A DNA stretch of 64,000 bases from Leucoraja erinacea (lineage: Eukaryota), in the NCBI RefSeq assembly GCF_028641065.1, contig NC_073380.1, positions 32,798,001-32,862,000 of the forward strand, given 5' to 3'. The translations under genes and the position numbers were made by a program. Under the pieces are notes generated by a model that was given only the letters and a program-made list of their open reading frames with translations, was not told the origin of the DNA and did no database searches. Positions 23,061-35,426 of the stretch are shown here, one piece after another. Position 1 is the first letter of the stretch. The number at the start of each line of letters is the position of its first letter.

Positions 23061-23507
23061 ATTTTAAATATTTAAAACAAATTCAATCTGTCATCAATGG
23101 TAAGTTCCTACTGATGCGGAATAACTATTGTTTCACAGATTGAAAGATCAAACTAACTTTTAGCTATTTACTAGCTCATACTTAGCTTAGCAAGGGGAAG
23201 GTGTGTAAAAAACAACTTGTTTTTAACACCTAAAAGTTTCATCAGTAAATGAAAACAAATATAGAAACTAACTCTTTAGGTATTGCAAGCAAAATATTAA
23301 ATTAAGGGCATAATCATACATTTTATCAGAAATGTCTTATGTGACTGTATTCCATGTAAAGGAAGGTAAGATGCACTCAATCTCTTTGTTAACAGGTTGG
23401 TGCCCCTTTTTCAATTGAATATTTTTTAAATGAAACATTTCAGGTACTATCACAACGTTTATGAAACATCTAGACAGGTACGTGGATAGGACAGTTTTAG
23501 AGGGATA

Positions 23508-24155
23508 CTAGACCAAGTGCAGACCCGTTGGGTCTGTTTCCTCAACGGCGTTTGGGGGGGGGGGGTTGCGGCATCACACTCACATTAACCACCCCCCAAA
23601 CACACAGGTGGGGGGAGGGGGGGTGAGAAAAGGGGGGAGGGAGGGGAGAGGAGGAGGAGGAAACGGGACAGATTTGGAGGGAAAGGAGAGCGGGGTAGGG
23701 GGTGAGAGATGGGGAGAGAGATGTGGGGGAGGGGGGGATGGGGAGGGGAGGGGAGGAGGGAGAGAGGGGGAGAGGGGGGGGAGAGAGGGGGGAAAGAGTG
23801 GGGAGGGAGAGTGGAGGGGAAATAGGGAGGGAGGAGGAGAGGGGTAGGGGGAGTGATGGAAGAGGGACAGAGGGATAGGGGGAAGGGGCGGGGGAGAGAT
23901 GGAAGGGGGGTGGGGGAGAGAGGGAAGGGGGTGGGGGGGAGAGAGGGATGGGAGAGGGAGAGGGGTGAGGAGGAGGGAGGGGGGAGGACAGAAGGGGGAG
24001 AGAGAAGTGGAAGAGTGGGGAGGGATGGAGGGGGGGAGTGGTGGAAGAGGGACAGAGGGGTAGGGGGGTAGGGGGAGGGTGGGGTGTAGAGAGGGGAAGG
24101 GGGGGGGGGGGGGAGAGAGGGATCGGTGGGAGGGAGAGGGGTGAGGAGAGGGAAA
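23508..24155 (-). mobile_element. Non-autonomous Helitron 3' part with a G-rich polypurine tract
   Basis: Minus strand ends CAGACCC-AAC-GGGTCTG-CACTTGGT-CTAG|T. Confidence 0.75.
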
Positions 24156-24159
24156 CGTA

Positions 24160-24670
24160 AAAACAGAAATTAAGTGCAGGAGTAGGCCATTCGGCCCTTC
24201 AAGCCTGCACCACCATTCAATATGATCATGGCTGATCATCCAACTCAGTATCCTGTACCTGCCTTCTCTCCATACCCCCTGATCCCTTTAGCCACAAGGG
24301 CTACATCTAACTCCCTCTTAAATATAGCCAATGAACTGGCCTCAACTACCTTCTGTGGCAGAGAATTCCAGAGATTCACCACTCTCTGTGTGAATTTTAT
24401 TTTTCTAATCTCTGTCCTAAAGGATTTCCCCCTTATCTTTAAACTGTGACCCCTTGTTCTGGACTTCCCCAACATCTGGAACAATCTTCCTGCATCTAGC
24501 CTGTCCAACCTCTTAAGAATTTTGTACGTTTCTATAAGATCCCCCCTCAATCTTCTAAATTCTAGCGTGTGTACAAGCCGAGTCTATCCAGTCTTTCTTC
24601 ATATGAAAGTCCTGACATCCCAGGAATCAGTCTGGTGAACCTTCTCTGTACTCCCTCTATGGCAAGAATG
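24160..24670 (-). mobile_element. CR1 LINE 3' fragment
   Basis: ORF RGDLIETYKILKRLDRLD...RTRGHSLKIRG...VVNLWNSLPQKVVEA plus tail. Confidence 0.9.
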
Positions 24671-25190
24671 TCTTTGAGCATTGGGCATTGTGACATCACA
24701 CGATGGAACGTTCACCATGGGCTGGGGCTCCTGCAAAGGCATATGTAAATGAATCCATTCCGATTGGACATCTGTGAGCAGCGGGCATTGTGACATCACA
24801 CGATGGAACGTTCACCAGGGGCTGGGGCTGCTTCTATGGGTGAGAAGCCAGTTTATTTTTTGAAATATTGGGGTGGATGGGGGGGGGAGAAGGATTTGAA
24901 TTAAAATGTGTACATAAACACGACAAAATGTAATCAGGAGTTTCTATAAGATCCTCCCTCAATCTTCTAAAATCTAGCGAGTACAAGCCGAGTCTATCCA
25001 GTCTTTCTTCATGTGGAAGTCCTGACATCCCACAAATCAGTCTGGTGATCCTTCTCTGTACTCCCTCTATGGCAACAATGTATTTGAGCATTGGGCATTG
25101 TAACATCACACGATAGAACGTTCACCAAGTGCTTGTGCGTCTGGTTTCGGCGTAGCAAGGAATCAAAGGAAGAAAGGCAGCCGGCAGCCA

Positions 25191-25320
25191 NNNNNNNNNN
25201 NNNNNNNNNNNNNNNNNNNNNNNNNNNNNNNNNNNNNNNNNNNNNNNNNNNNNNNNNNNNNNNNNNNNNNNNNNNNNNNNNNNNNNNNNNNNNNNNNNNN
25301 NNNNNNNNNNNNNNNNNNNN
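25191..25320. other. Assembly gap
   Basis: Run of N. Confidence 1.
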
Positions 25321-27860
25321 AACTGGTGTTGATGGGACATGTTGGCAAATTGGGCCGAAGGGCCTGTTTGCATACAGTATGACTATTAGACAGTTTTGTG
25401 AGGGATAGTTTCAGAGTGCCTATTATGGCCATTGCTGTGAACACAAAAGAGACAGCGGCTGCTGGCATCTGGAACAAGCAACAGAACGCTGGTAGAACTC
25501 AGTGGGTCAAGCAGCATCTGTGGAAGTAAAAGGGGTTTTGACATTGCCATGGTCTGCGTGAATGCAGGAAGCAGCATTGTTGCAATTATCGATGTAGCAG
25601 GGAAAAGCTGGGAGAGGGGTGCTGGAATTGGCTTGCAGCCAACAAAAAAACCAATGTAGGTGAGGCCCAAGTGAGTAGTTGTGGTTCTCATTGGATATGA
25701 TTGTCAAAAGCAGGTTGTCCAACTGTACAGTGTATAACTTTGTCTTATTTTATCATGGACTCTAAAGTACTCAGAATTGCAACATAATGTTCCCAAATCC
25801 CTGGCACAGGGCTTGCATCACTACCCCCAGGCAGTACACTTTACAGAAGCAGTTTATTATACTTTTGAGAAATGTCAAAGATCGCTACGGCAAAAATCAA
25901 ATAGACTATAATTTTTTCCCTACCGTACAAGATTGGACACACACTCATATTTTGTTGTGCTTTCCTTAATACCAGATAATAAAACTTCCCCAGTTTCTGT
26001 TTCATATAATCTCACATATTGGAAAAAATAACATCTTCAGTTAAATAAAAAGCAGTTGAAGTAAGCTAATGATTTTTTGTTTAGTTCAGTTTAGTTTATT
26101 GTCATGTGTATCAGAGGTACAGTTTTCTTCTTTTTGGCGCGTGCTATCCAGTCAGTGTAAAGACCTCTATGATTATAATTGGGCTGTCCAGCAGTGGGCA
26201 TTGTAAACATCACACGTATGGAACGTTAAACCAGGGCTGTCTGCTTAAAGAAAGTCCGAGGGTCTTGAATCCATAGATGGTAGTTCACCATTCTCTAGCA
26301 GCGGGTTCAATTGTGACATCACACGATGGAAGAAATTGTCCAGGGAATGGGGATGTTCTATGGGTTTTTCACACAGTTTGTTTTTAAATATTGTGGGGGG
26401 GGGGGGGGGGGGGGGAGGGGAGAAGGATTTGATTAAAAATGTGTACATAAACACGACGAAATTTTATCAGGGTTTCTATAAGATAATCTTCTAAAATCTA
26501 GCGAGTACAAATGTATTTGAGCAATATCCAGTCTTTCTTCATATGAAAGTCCTGACATCCCAGGAATCTGTCTGGTGAACCTTCTCTGTACTCCCTCTAT
26601 GACAACAATGTATTTGAGCAATGGGCATTGTGACATCACACGATAGAACGTTCACCAAGTGCTTGTGCGTAGCAAGGAATCAAAGGAAGAAATGGCAGCC
26701 GGCAGCCATGGACGAATGCCGACAGGCAGGTTTAGATAGATAGATAGATAGATTGATATCTAGATAGATAGATAGATAGATAGATCGAAAGTCAGACAGA
26801 CAGACACCTTTGCACAGAGTGTTTGACAGACAGACATACTTCAGACAGACAGACCAGAGAGAAACAAACACAACAGATAGATAGATAGATGGGCCAAACA
26901 CAGGCAGGTGCCTGGTGTTCATGGGACATTGGCAAATTGGGCCGAAGGGCCTGTTTGCACACTGTATGACTATTAGACAGTTTTGTGAGGGATAGTTTCA
27001 GAGTGCCTATTATGGCCATTGCTGTGAACACAAAAGAGACAGCGGCTGCTGGCATCTGGAACAAGCAACAGAACGCTGGTAGAACTCAGTGGGTCAAGCA
27101 GCATCTGTGGAAGTAAAAGGGGTTTTGACATTGCCATGGTCTGCGTGAATGCAGGAAGCAGCACTGATGCAATTGTCGATGTAGCAGGGAAAAGCTGGGA
27201 GAGGGGTGCTGGAATTGGCTTGCAGCCAACAAAAAAACCAATGTAGGTGAGGCCCAAGTGAGTAGTTGTGGTTCTCATTGGATATGATTGTCAAAAGCAG
27301 GTTGTCCAACTGTACAGTGTATAACTTTATCTTATTTTATCATGGACTCTAAAGTACTCAGAATTGCAACACAATGTTCCAAAATTCCTGGCACAGGGCT
27401 TGCATCACTACCCCCAGGCAGTACACTTTACAGAAGCAGTTTATTATACTTTTGAGAAATGTCAAAGATCGCTACGGCAAAAATCAAATATACTATAATT
27501 TTTTCCCTACCGTACAAAATTGGACACACACTCATAGTTTGCTGTGCTTTCCTTAATACCAGATAATAAAACTTCCCGAGTTTCTGTTTCATATAATCTC
27601 ACATATTGGAAACGTAACATCTTCAGTTAACTAAAAGCAGTTGAAGTAAGCTAATGATTTTTTGTTTAGTTCAGTTTAGTTTATTGTCATGTGTACCGAG
27701 GTACAGTGAAAGGCTTTTTGGCGCGTGCTATCCAGTCAGTGGAAAGACTATACATGATTATAATTGGGCTGTCCACAGTGTATGCATGATAAAGGGAGTA
27801 ACGTATAGTGTAAGATAAATTCCAGTAAAGTCTGCTTAAAGATAGTCCGAGGGTCTTCAA
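25321..27860 (+). repeat. Near-identical direct duplication (about 25321-26250 vs 26910-27860) next to the gap
   Basis: Duplicated sequence; nearly identical spurious ORFs 25386-25691 and 26973-27278. Confidence 0.9.
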
Positions 27861-28010
27861 TGACATAGATGGTAGTTCAGAACCGTTCTCTAGTTGGTGG
27901 TTCAATTGTTTAATGACAACTGGGAAGAAATTGTCCGTGAATCTGGATGTGTGCGTTTTCACACTTCTGCACCTCTAGCCTGAGGGGAAGGGGAAAAGAG
28001 GGAGTGACGA
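27660..28010 (-). mobile_element. Rex1/Babar-type LINE 3' end
   Basis: ORF end KTHTSRFTDNFFPVVIKQLN and tail GTACCTCGGTACACATGACAATAAAC(TAAAC)n. Confidence 0.65.
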
Positions 28011-28764
28011 GTGCTGTTGCTGAGATTTTATTTTCATGGTTGCCAGATATCTGGAGCTATTTAGCACAAATGTATTTGAGCAATTCATCAGTTTATTAGA
28101 TTTTCGCAATTGACACAAATGACTGCATATTCCAAACTTGTTGAATGTGTCTGTCTTAGGAGTGTGAAGTGTAATTTGATAATGCTGCTGATTAATAATG
28201 AGTGAACATCTTGATATAAATTGTGCTTAATTGTATTATCACATTAACTGAGTTTACTTGCAGTAATGATGTCCACTGATTTCATGCCTTGTGTTCCTGG
28301 AACAGGTTTTCTATTTAAATCAGGTTTTGTCATTTCCTTGATACCTCAGCAATGATTATTACTTCCATTTCCATTGATCGAAAGTCAGATGTTAACAGCA
28401 CCTTTGCAAACTAGTGTTTTGGTTAATTATGTCATACTTCAAATTCTTTGCAGTGTAGAGAAACAAACACAACGAAAACATAGTAATTGGCCAATAAAAT
28501 TATTTCAAACAGAAAGGATGCACTATATATTTGCGATTGCAGTGTAGTACAGTGTAAACAGAAGCTAGAAACCTGGGGAGTTTGTGCTCTCAATGATACC
28601 TTGTTGTCACATGTACTGAGGTACTGTGAAATTCTTTTTTGCATGCAGTTCGGTAAATGTATTCCTATACTTACTATATTAAGTACAAGTGTATAGGAAT
28701 AGTACACTGAGACATTATACAAGATTTTCCAGATTTTTATGCCATTTCCAAGTCCAAGTTGTTA

Positions 28765-29882
28765 TAACCATATAACCATATAACAATTACAGCACGGAAA
28801 CAGGCCATCTCGGCCCTTCTAGTCCGTGCCGAACACGTATTCTCCCCTAGTCCCATCTACCTGCACTCAGACCATAACCCTCCACTCCTTTCCCGTCCAT
28901 ATAACTATCCAATTTATTTTTAAATGATAAAATCGAACCTGCCTCCACCACCTTCACTGGAAGCTCATTCCACACAGCTACCACTCTCTGAATAAAGACG
29001 TTCCCCTTCATGTTACCCCTAAACTTCTGTCCCTTAATTCTCAAGTCATGTCCTCTTGTTTGAATCTTCCCTACTTTCAGTACGAAAAGCTTATCCACGT
29101 CAACTCTGTCTATCCCTCTCATCATTTTAAAGACCTCTATCAAGTCTCCCCTTAATCTTCTGCGCTCCAAGGAATAAAGACCTAAATTGTTCAGCCTTTC
29201 TCTGTAACTTAGTTGCTGAAACCCATGCAACATTCTAGTAAATCTCCTCTGTACTCTCTCTATTTTGTTGACATCCTTCCTATAATTAGGCGACCAAATT
29301 GTACAACATATTCCAGAATTGGCCTCACCAATGCCTTGTACAATTTTAACATTACATCCCAACTTCTATACTCAATGCTCTGATTTATAAAGGCCAGCAC
29401 CAAAAGCTTTCTTTACCACCCTATCTACATGAGATTCTACCTTCAAGGAACTGTGCACAGTTATTCCTAGATCCCTCTGTTCAACTGCATTCCTCAATTC
29501 CCTACCATTTACCATGTACCACTAACTTCCCTCAATGTCCTAGGGAATATCCTGTCGGGACTTGGAGACTTATCCACTTTTATATTTTTCAAAAGTGTCA
29601 GTACTTCCTCTTCTTTGAATCTCATAGTTTCCATAGCTACTCTACTTGTTTCCCTTACCTCACATGATTCAATATCCTTCTCCTTGGTGAATATGGAAGA
29701 AAATAAATTGTTAAATATCTCCCCCATCTCTTTTGGCTCTGCAGATAGCTGTCCACCCTGACTCTAATGGGCCAATTTTATCCCTCGTTATCCTTTTGCT
29801 ATTAATATAGCTGTAGAAACCCTTTGGATTTACTTTCACCTTACTTGCAAAGCAACCTCATATCTTCTTTTAGCTTTTCTAA
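28765..29882 (-). mobile_element. CR1 LINE fragment with an internal deletion
   Basis: ORFs KEEEVLTLLKNIKVDKSPSPDRIFPRTLRE and IERVQRRFTRML...RGDLIEVFK...WNELP; (TTATATGG)n tail. Confidence 0.9.
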
Positions 29883-30631
29883 TAGAAGGAACAGTTAGTT
29901 AGTCAAAATGTTTTGTAAATACTTTTTTTGTGTTGGATTCGGTGGAAAGGACTAGTAAATGTTTCCTGAGACCATTGCCTTCCATCTCATTTGTCTTCAT
30001 CTAATTCAAGAATTTCAGAGAGAATGACAGTGCCCTTAACTTTTGACAGAATTTGAGCACATCTGTAAAAGCATGCTGTTTTCCTAGTCTGTCAATAAAT
30101 AGTTTATCAATAATAACTGTGGATGTTAATCCTTTGGATTCTCACACACCTTCAAAATTCTGACTTCCAAGGAATTACTGATTTTACAAAGGAAGAAAAT
30201 TAAAAGAAAATGGAAAATTAAAAGAAAATGAAAAAAGAGGTATTTAAAAATATATATTTATATGGTGCCTTTTGCACTGGGTATCAAAAAGTTCTGTACA
30301 TCCTATTTTTTTAATATATTGACTGGTCTAGAAGAGGAAACAACTAATTTATACACAAGATGCTCCAACAAATAACAGTAAAATAAGTGCCAGATCATTT
30401 CTTTTAGCTATTTGTTGAGAGTTAAAAATTGAGCTGTATTTATAGAATCTCTTGCATCTTCCTGAGAGAGCGCAGTTGGAATGACTGTTAAGGGCAGCTT
30501 ATTTGACAGTTCAGCGTGCTCTGATTTCTGCACAGAAATGTCACCCAGCATCATGTGCTCGAATCTCCGAAATGAGGCTTCCTGAACCTGCAGTTTTCAA
30601 TTTCAGAATAAAGGTTAATTTACCCCCTGGC

Positions 30632-30845
30632 CACAAAGTGCTGGAGTAACTCAGCAGATCAGGCTTCATCCCTGGAGAACATGGATAGGTGACATTTCGG
30701 GTCAAGACCCTTCATCAGTCTGAAGAAAGATCTTGGCCGGAAACATCACCTTTCCATGTTCTCCAGGGCATGATGCCTGACCTGCTGAGTTACTCCAGCA
30801 CCTTGTGTACTTTTGTGTATTAACCAGCATCTGCAGTTCTTTCTT
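30632..30845. mobile_element. Palindromic Penelope terminal-repeat module (~88-bp arms)
   Basis: 30632-30718 is the reverse complement of 30720-30807; degenerate hammerhead cores meet at the centre. Confidence 0.8.
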
Positions 30846-31644
30846 TCTGCTCTTGCTTTAAATCCTCCAAGCTATGGAGTTCTGCCTCGGCTCGACATTA
30901 TTTCCCCAGTACTCATCCCTTCCACTTTCCAGAGTACAATTTCCAAAATTCTGCCTTCTCATTGTAAGTGGCACCAAACCACATTTGACTATGAGTCCAG
31001 CTAACTTTCAGTCCATTGATTTGAACATTATCATACTTTTCTTCAAATTGCCCTTCTTCCTTTCTATTCCCACCACGTTTGGCTTCACCACCCTCTGTTT
31101 TGCCAAGACATTTCCTCAGGTGAACTGGCACAAAGGGTTGATCTGAATTCCCTGTTTCTAAATCCAGTTCAAATTCTCTCAATCCACTGTCAAGTTCACA
31201 GAATTATGAGGCAAAACGTTTTAGATTATTAACCCAATCTGCAGTGTTCTCCACTGTAGATGCTATTGGTTAAGATGATCGGGGATGCTCTAACTAGGGA
31301 AATATAGATAGGCTCTAATCAACAGCTTTGGTGGTACACATGTGGAGAACAAGACCATGTTAAGCCTCGGCATGGTAGTTAGTGTGCTGTAGATTATCTT
31401 TGAACACACAAAGGAATCTCCATCAGCAGAAAATTGACAGGTTGGCATAGAAGTTGAGATAGGAGTCAAGAAGATGACACTATGATAATAGCATTATTTG
31501 CCTGGGCCCCAGGATGTTATCAAAAACATGAAAGTTGGGCTGGAGATGAGGCTTGAGAACTTCAACAGGATTGAAACCCTGAGAAATGTGTGGCAATGCC
31601 ACAAACAGTACCATGATTTTGCTTGACCTCCTCAAATACTCTGA

Positions 31645-31735
31645 AGATAGACACAAAATGGTGGAGTAACTCAGCGGGAGAGGCAACATCTCTGGAGAGA
31701 AGGAATGGGTGATGTTTTGGGTCAAGACCCTTCTT
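31645..31735 (-). mobile_element. Penelope terminal-repeat fragment
   Basis: TAGACACAAAATGGTGGAGTAACTCAGCGGG...GGGTCAAGACCCTTCTT. Confidence 0.7.
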
Positions 31736-31877
31736 TGGACTCTACAGGATACAATACTCTACAGGAGACAAAGATTCAAGCAATTGAGTGATGAATCTGA
31801 GAGTAGGTATAAATGGCCATTTCTGAGTTTTTAAAAGTTGTGGAAACAAATATACAACACATTTCCAAATATCATGG

Positions 31878-32765
31878 GTAGACAAAAATGCTGGCGAAAC
31901 TCAGCAGGTGAGGCAGCATCTATGGAGCAAAGAAAATAGGCGACGTTTCAGGTCGAGACCCTTCTTCAGACTGATGTGGGGGTGGGGGCTGGAAGAAGAA
32001 AGGAAGATGCGGAGACAGTGGGCTGTGGAAGAGCTGGGAAGGAGAGGGAAAAGAGGGAGAAAGCAGGGACTACCTGAAATTGGAGAAGTGAATGTTCATA
32101 CCTCAGAATGTTCTAGGATGTAAACTAACCAAGCGAAATATGAGGTGCTGCTCTTCCAATTTACAGTGGGCATCACTCTGGCCATGGAGGAGGCCCAGGA
32201 CAGAAAGATCGGATTCGGAATGGGAGGGGGAGATGAAGTGCTGAGGACCGGGAGATCAGGTTGGGTTATTGCGAACCGAACGGAGGTGTTGGGTGAAGCG
32301 ATCACCAAGCCTACTCTTGGTCTCACTGATGCAGAGCAGCTGACACATAGAGCAGCGGATGCAATAGATGAGGTTGGAGGAGGTGTAGGTGAACCTCTGC
32401 CACACCTGGAAAGACTGCTTAGGTCCTTGGATGGAGCCAAGGGGGGAGGTAAAGTGACAAGTGTAGCACTTCCTGCGGTTGCAAGGGAAAGGACCAGGAG
32501 AGGGCGTGGTTTGGATGGGAAGGGACAAATTGACCAGGGAGTTACAGAGGGAGCGGTCTCTGCAGAAAGCCGAAAGGGGAGGAGATGGGAAGATGTGGCC
32601 AGTGAAGGGATCCCATTGGAGGTGGCGAAAATGTCGGAGGGTTATCTGTTGTATGTGACGGCTGGTAGGCTGGAAGGTGAGGACAAGGGGGACTCTGCCC
32701 TTGTTACGAGTGGGGGGATGGGGAGTGAGAGCAGTTACGGGATATAGAGGAGACCCTGGTGAGAG
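31878..32765 (-). mobile_element. Penelope-like element 3' part: GIY-YIG endonuclease remnant plus terminal repeat
   Basis: PCNRRKCYTC...FTYTSSNLIYCIRCSMCQLLCISETKSRLGDRFTQHLRSVR (GIY-YIG with the PLE CxxC/CCHH context), followed by the terminal module. Confidence 0.9.
31942..31969 (-). ncRNA. Minimal hammerhead ribozyme-like core in the PLE terminal repeat
   Basis: Reverse complement reads CTGAAGAAGGGTCTCGACCTGAAACGTC, downstream of the GIY-YIG ORF remnant. Confidence 0.6.
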
Positions 32766-33824
32766 TTCTCCAAATATCTTAGTAGCTTGTCCTTTAAAGG
32801 ACTATTGTTTCCCTTTAATATTAGCTTGGCAATACAGATGATTGTTGTGAAAGTTGGTAAATTGGATTGCGATCAGGCATACATCTATCTAGCAATGAAC
32901 AATAATGTTGTTGATAAACCAATAAAATGCTTCTTCTTTGTTTTTGTGTGGGGGGGGGGGAGTTTGAGAGGAATCATTGGCTTTCTCTTCGAATAGAATG
33001 GGGTCTCTCTCTGAGTCAGAGTCTTGCCAGGTTGATAGGGAGGATTCCCTTATGGGCACATGGATAACCCAGGCCCATGCTAAGAATATAGTGGAAGAAG
33101 CTGTTGGCCATTGTCCTAACCATCTAGATTGGGAATCCTCATCACTCCCTATCTCCTAATGAATTGACCATTCTGCTACATGTAACTGTGCATATAAAAG
33201 TTCACATACTGGTAACACAAGAGCAGGAGAACTCTGTTAAGGACTAAGAAATAAACTACTCACATGAAGGCTTGCATGGATGTAAATCAAGATAGATAGC
33301 ACATTGTCCATTGCTTGACCAAATGCACAAGGTAGCAAGGAAGATGGAAACGCCATTTCTAACCTCTTGCAGGGGAAAGTATAAAGGCAGAAGAGAGTCA
33401 CATCAATCCTGGAGCAAACACATTTTCCCATTCAAGGATCTGGCAACAATTCCATTTTACAACGGGAAGTGGCTTTTGTTTTGGCTTTCTTGATATGGCA
33501 GACTGAGGTCAATCAAAATGTTCACATCACTGCCTAGTCTCTGATTGACCCCATTAAATTGCTGCAGATTGAAGCCTCGGAGCAGGTTGCTGTCTTGAAA
33601 GGACAGTGAGTTGTCATCTGTGAGCAGCTTGCTGCTCTCCAGGAATTGAGTAATTATTGAGTCAATGAGTGAGGGGCGGGGAGAGGCAACTAATTCGCAG
33701 TGAACAGTCAATTGTTCGGCAAACAAAGTAAATTCTGCGCAAAGAGCAGTTATTTAAAGTACAGGTGAAACGGAAAATGGAGCAAATTGTCCCAATTAAA
33801 ACAGTGACAAACAGCTAACAATCG

Positions 33825-34030
33825 CCTGTTTCCTTTATGATCCTTACTTTTTTGCATATCTTTCATTCATTGTTCTATATCTCTCTTCATCATCGTCTAT
33901 ATATCTCATTTCCCTTTCCCTTGACGAGTCTGAAGAAGGGTCTCGACCCAAAACGCCACCCATTCCTTCTCTCTAGAGATGCTGCCTGTCCCGCTGAATT
34001 ACTCCAGCTTTTTGTGAGTATCTTCGACTT
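33825..34030 (+). mobile_element. Penelope terminal-repeat module with a mutated hammerhead core
   Basis: CTGAAGAAGGGTCTCGACCCAAAACGCC at 33930-33957. Confidence 0.75.
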
Positions 34031-34869
34031 CTTCAGCAACAACCATTATGTGTCAGCAACGCATAAGTTATGCATAAAATCATTATCAGTCACTTAAAGC
34101 TTGATTGGCATAGGAATTACCCAATGCGCTCCACTCAATCTGGTCATAGCATTGTATTATACACAGCCCTGAAGATAAACTACTGATGCAGAAAATCCTG
34201 CACCATGTCCTCTGTGATTCCAATTGCATCAGAACTAGCTTATTGGCTCCAGTGAATGAGAACGAATGAACAAGCACAGAAAATATATTTCTGGTCTTAC
34301 CTAAATCATAATTGGCTATGTTAGATAACATTTTTGTTGCTATTTGATAATGGGACCTTTGTTAATTACGAATTTAAATTGCGTGTCCAAATTAGCATTT
34401 AAAATGAAACTGGACTTCCCCAAAGCTTAGTGGGAAGATTTGTCAGTTGATTTTAGCACTAGGAATGCAGCCTGCACTTTGATTCACTGGTCTTGCTGAG
34501 TTAGCTGACTATATCTGCAAAGGGCAGGCTATTGCCTTTCTGATCGCAGGTTAGGGGAAGGAAAGAAAGTACGTGTCTGTGTATCATCAAACAAATCGAG
34601 GAATGTAGACCTGGTGCATTCCTGAAGAGCAATGGTTATGCCTTGCCTCAGAAATAATTGAATTCCCATAATTAATGTACCTGTGCAATCCTACCTTTTA
34701 CCGGCTTCAATAGCAAACTCAACGTATCTGGTAGGAAGTGGTATTGCTACGAGGGAAGTAAATGTATGCTCATCTGAGGTAAAGAATTTCAATACTGAAG
34801 GGCTCAACAGCAGCATCTATGGACAAAGCGAACAGCCATAGGCAACAAGTTCCATCAATAACTTGGTGG

Positions 34870-35170
34870 AACCGAAACCCTTCTTCAGACAACTGATCGG
34901 GGGACCAGACACTTGTCGGATTTCGGACATTTTCGGATTTCCGAATGGAATATTTTTAGGGGGGGCGGAAAAGTCTGGGGACAAGAAAGGGAAAAGGAGG
35001 AGGAGCCCGAAGGCTGGGGGATGGGAGGAGACAGCAGGGGGGCTGAGGAAGGGGAGGAGACAGCAAGGACTAACAAAATTGGGAGAATTCGATGTTCATG
35101 CCCCCGGGATGCAGACTCCCCAAACGGAATATGAGGTGCTGTTCCTCCAATTTCCGGTGCTGCTCGCTGT
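34870..35170 (-). mobile_element. Penelope 3' fragment in a mosaic region
   Basis: Reverse strand EQHRKLEEQHLIFRLGSLHPGGMNIEF; partial CCCTTCTTCAGAC core. Confidence 0.7.
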
Positions 35171-35369
35171 GGAGCATCTGGTAGGAAGTGGTATTGCTAC
35201 GAGGGAAGTAAATGTATGCTCATCTGAGGTAAAGAATTTCTGAATACTGAAGGGCTCAACAGCCAGAATCACACCCTGAAGTCCGACAAAGTTGAGAACA
35301 GCCATGGATTTTAAGAACAAGCTGTTCCATCAATAACTTGCAGTGGAACTCTTTACAGACAAAAGAAAT

Positions 35370-35426
35370 GGCCGGTTTTCGGAGTTTTTCGGTTTCCGGA
35401 ACACCGGATAAAAGGTTGTGCACCTG
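35370..35426. mobile_element. Right end of the CAGGTGCACAACC-TIR DNA transposon family
   Basis: CGGATAAAAGGTTGTGCACCTG|TA. Confidence 0.75.

Noticed and set aside
23580-24239. 219-aa Pro/Ser-rich ORF and its Gly/Arg-rich antisense ORFs
   Set aside because: Translation of a polypurine low-complexity tract inside a Helitron
24680-26660. CRISPR-like recurrence of a ~33-bp motif
   Set aside because: Irregular spacing, spacers are repeat fragments, eukaryotic context, no cas genes
32145-32747. 200-aa plus-strand ORF
   Set aside because: Antisense shadow of the Penelope GIY-YIG region
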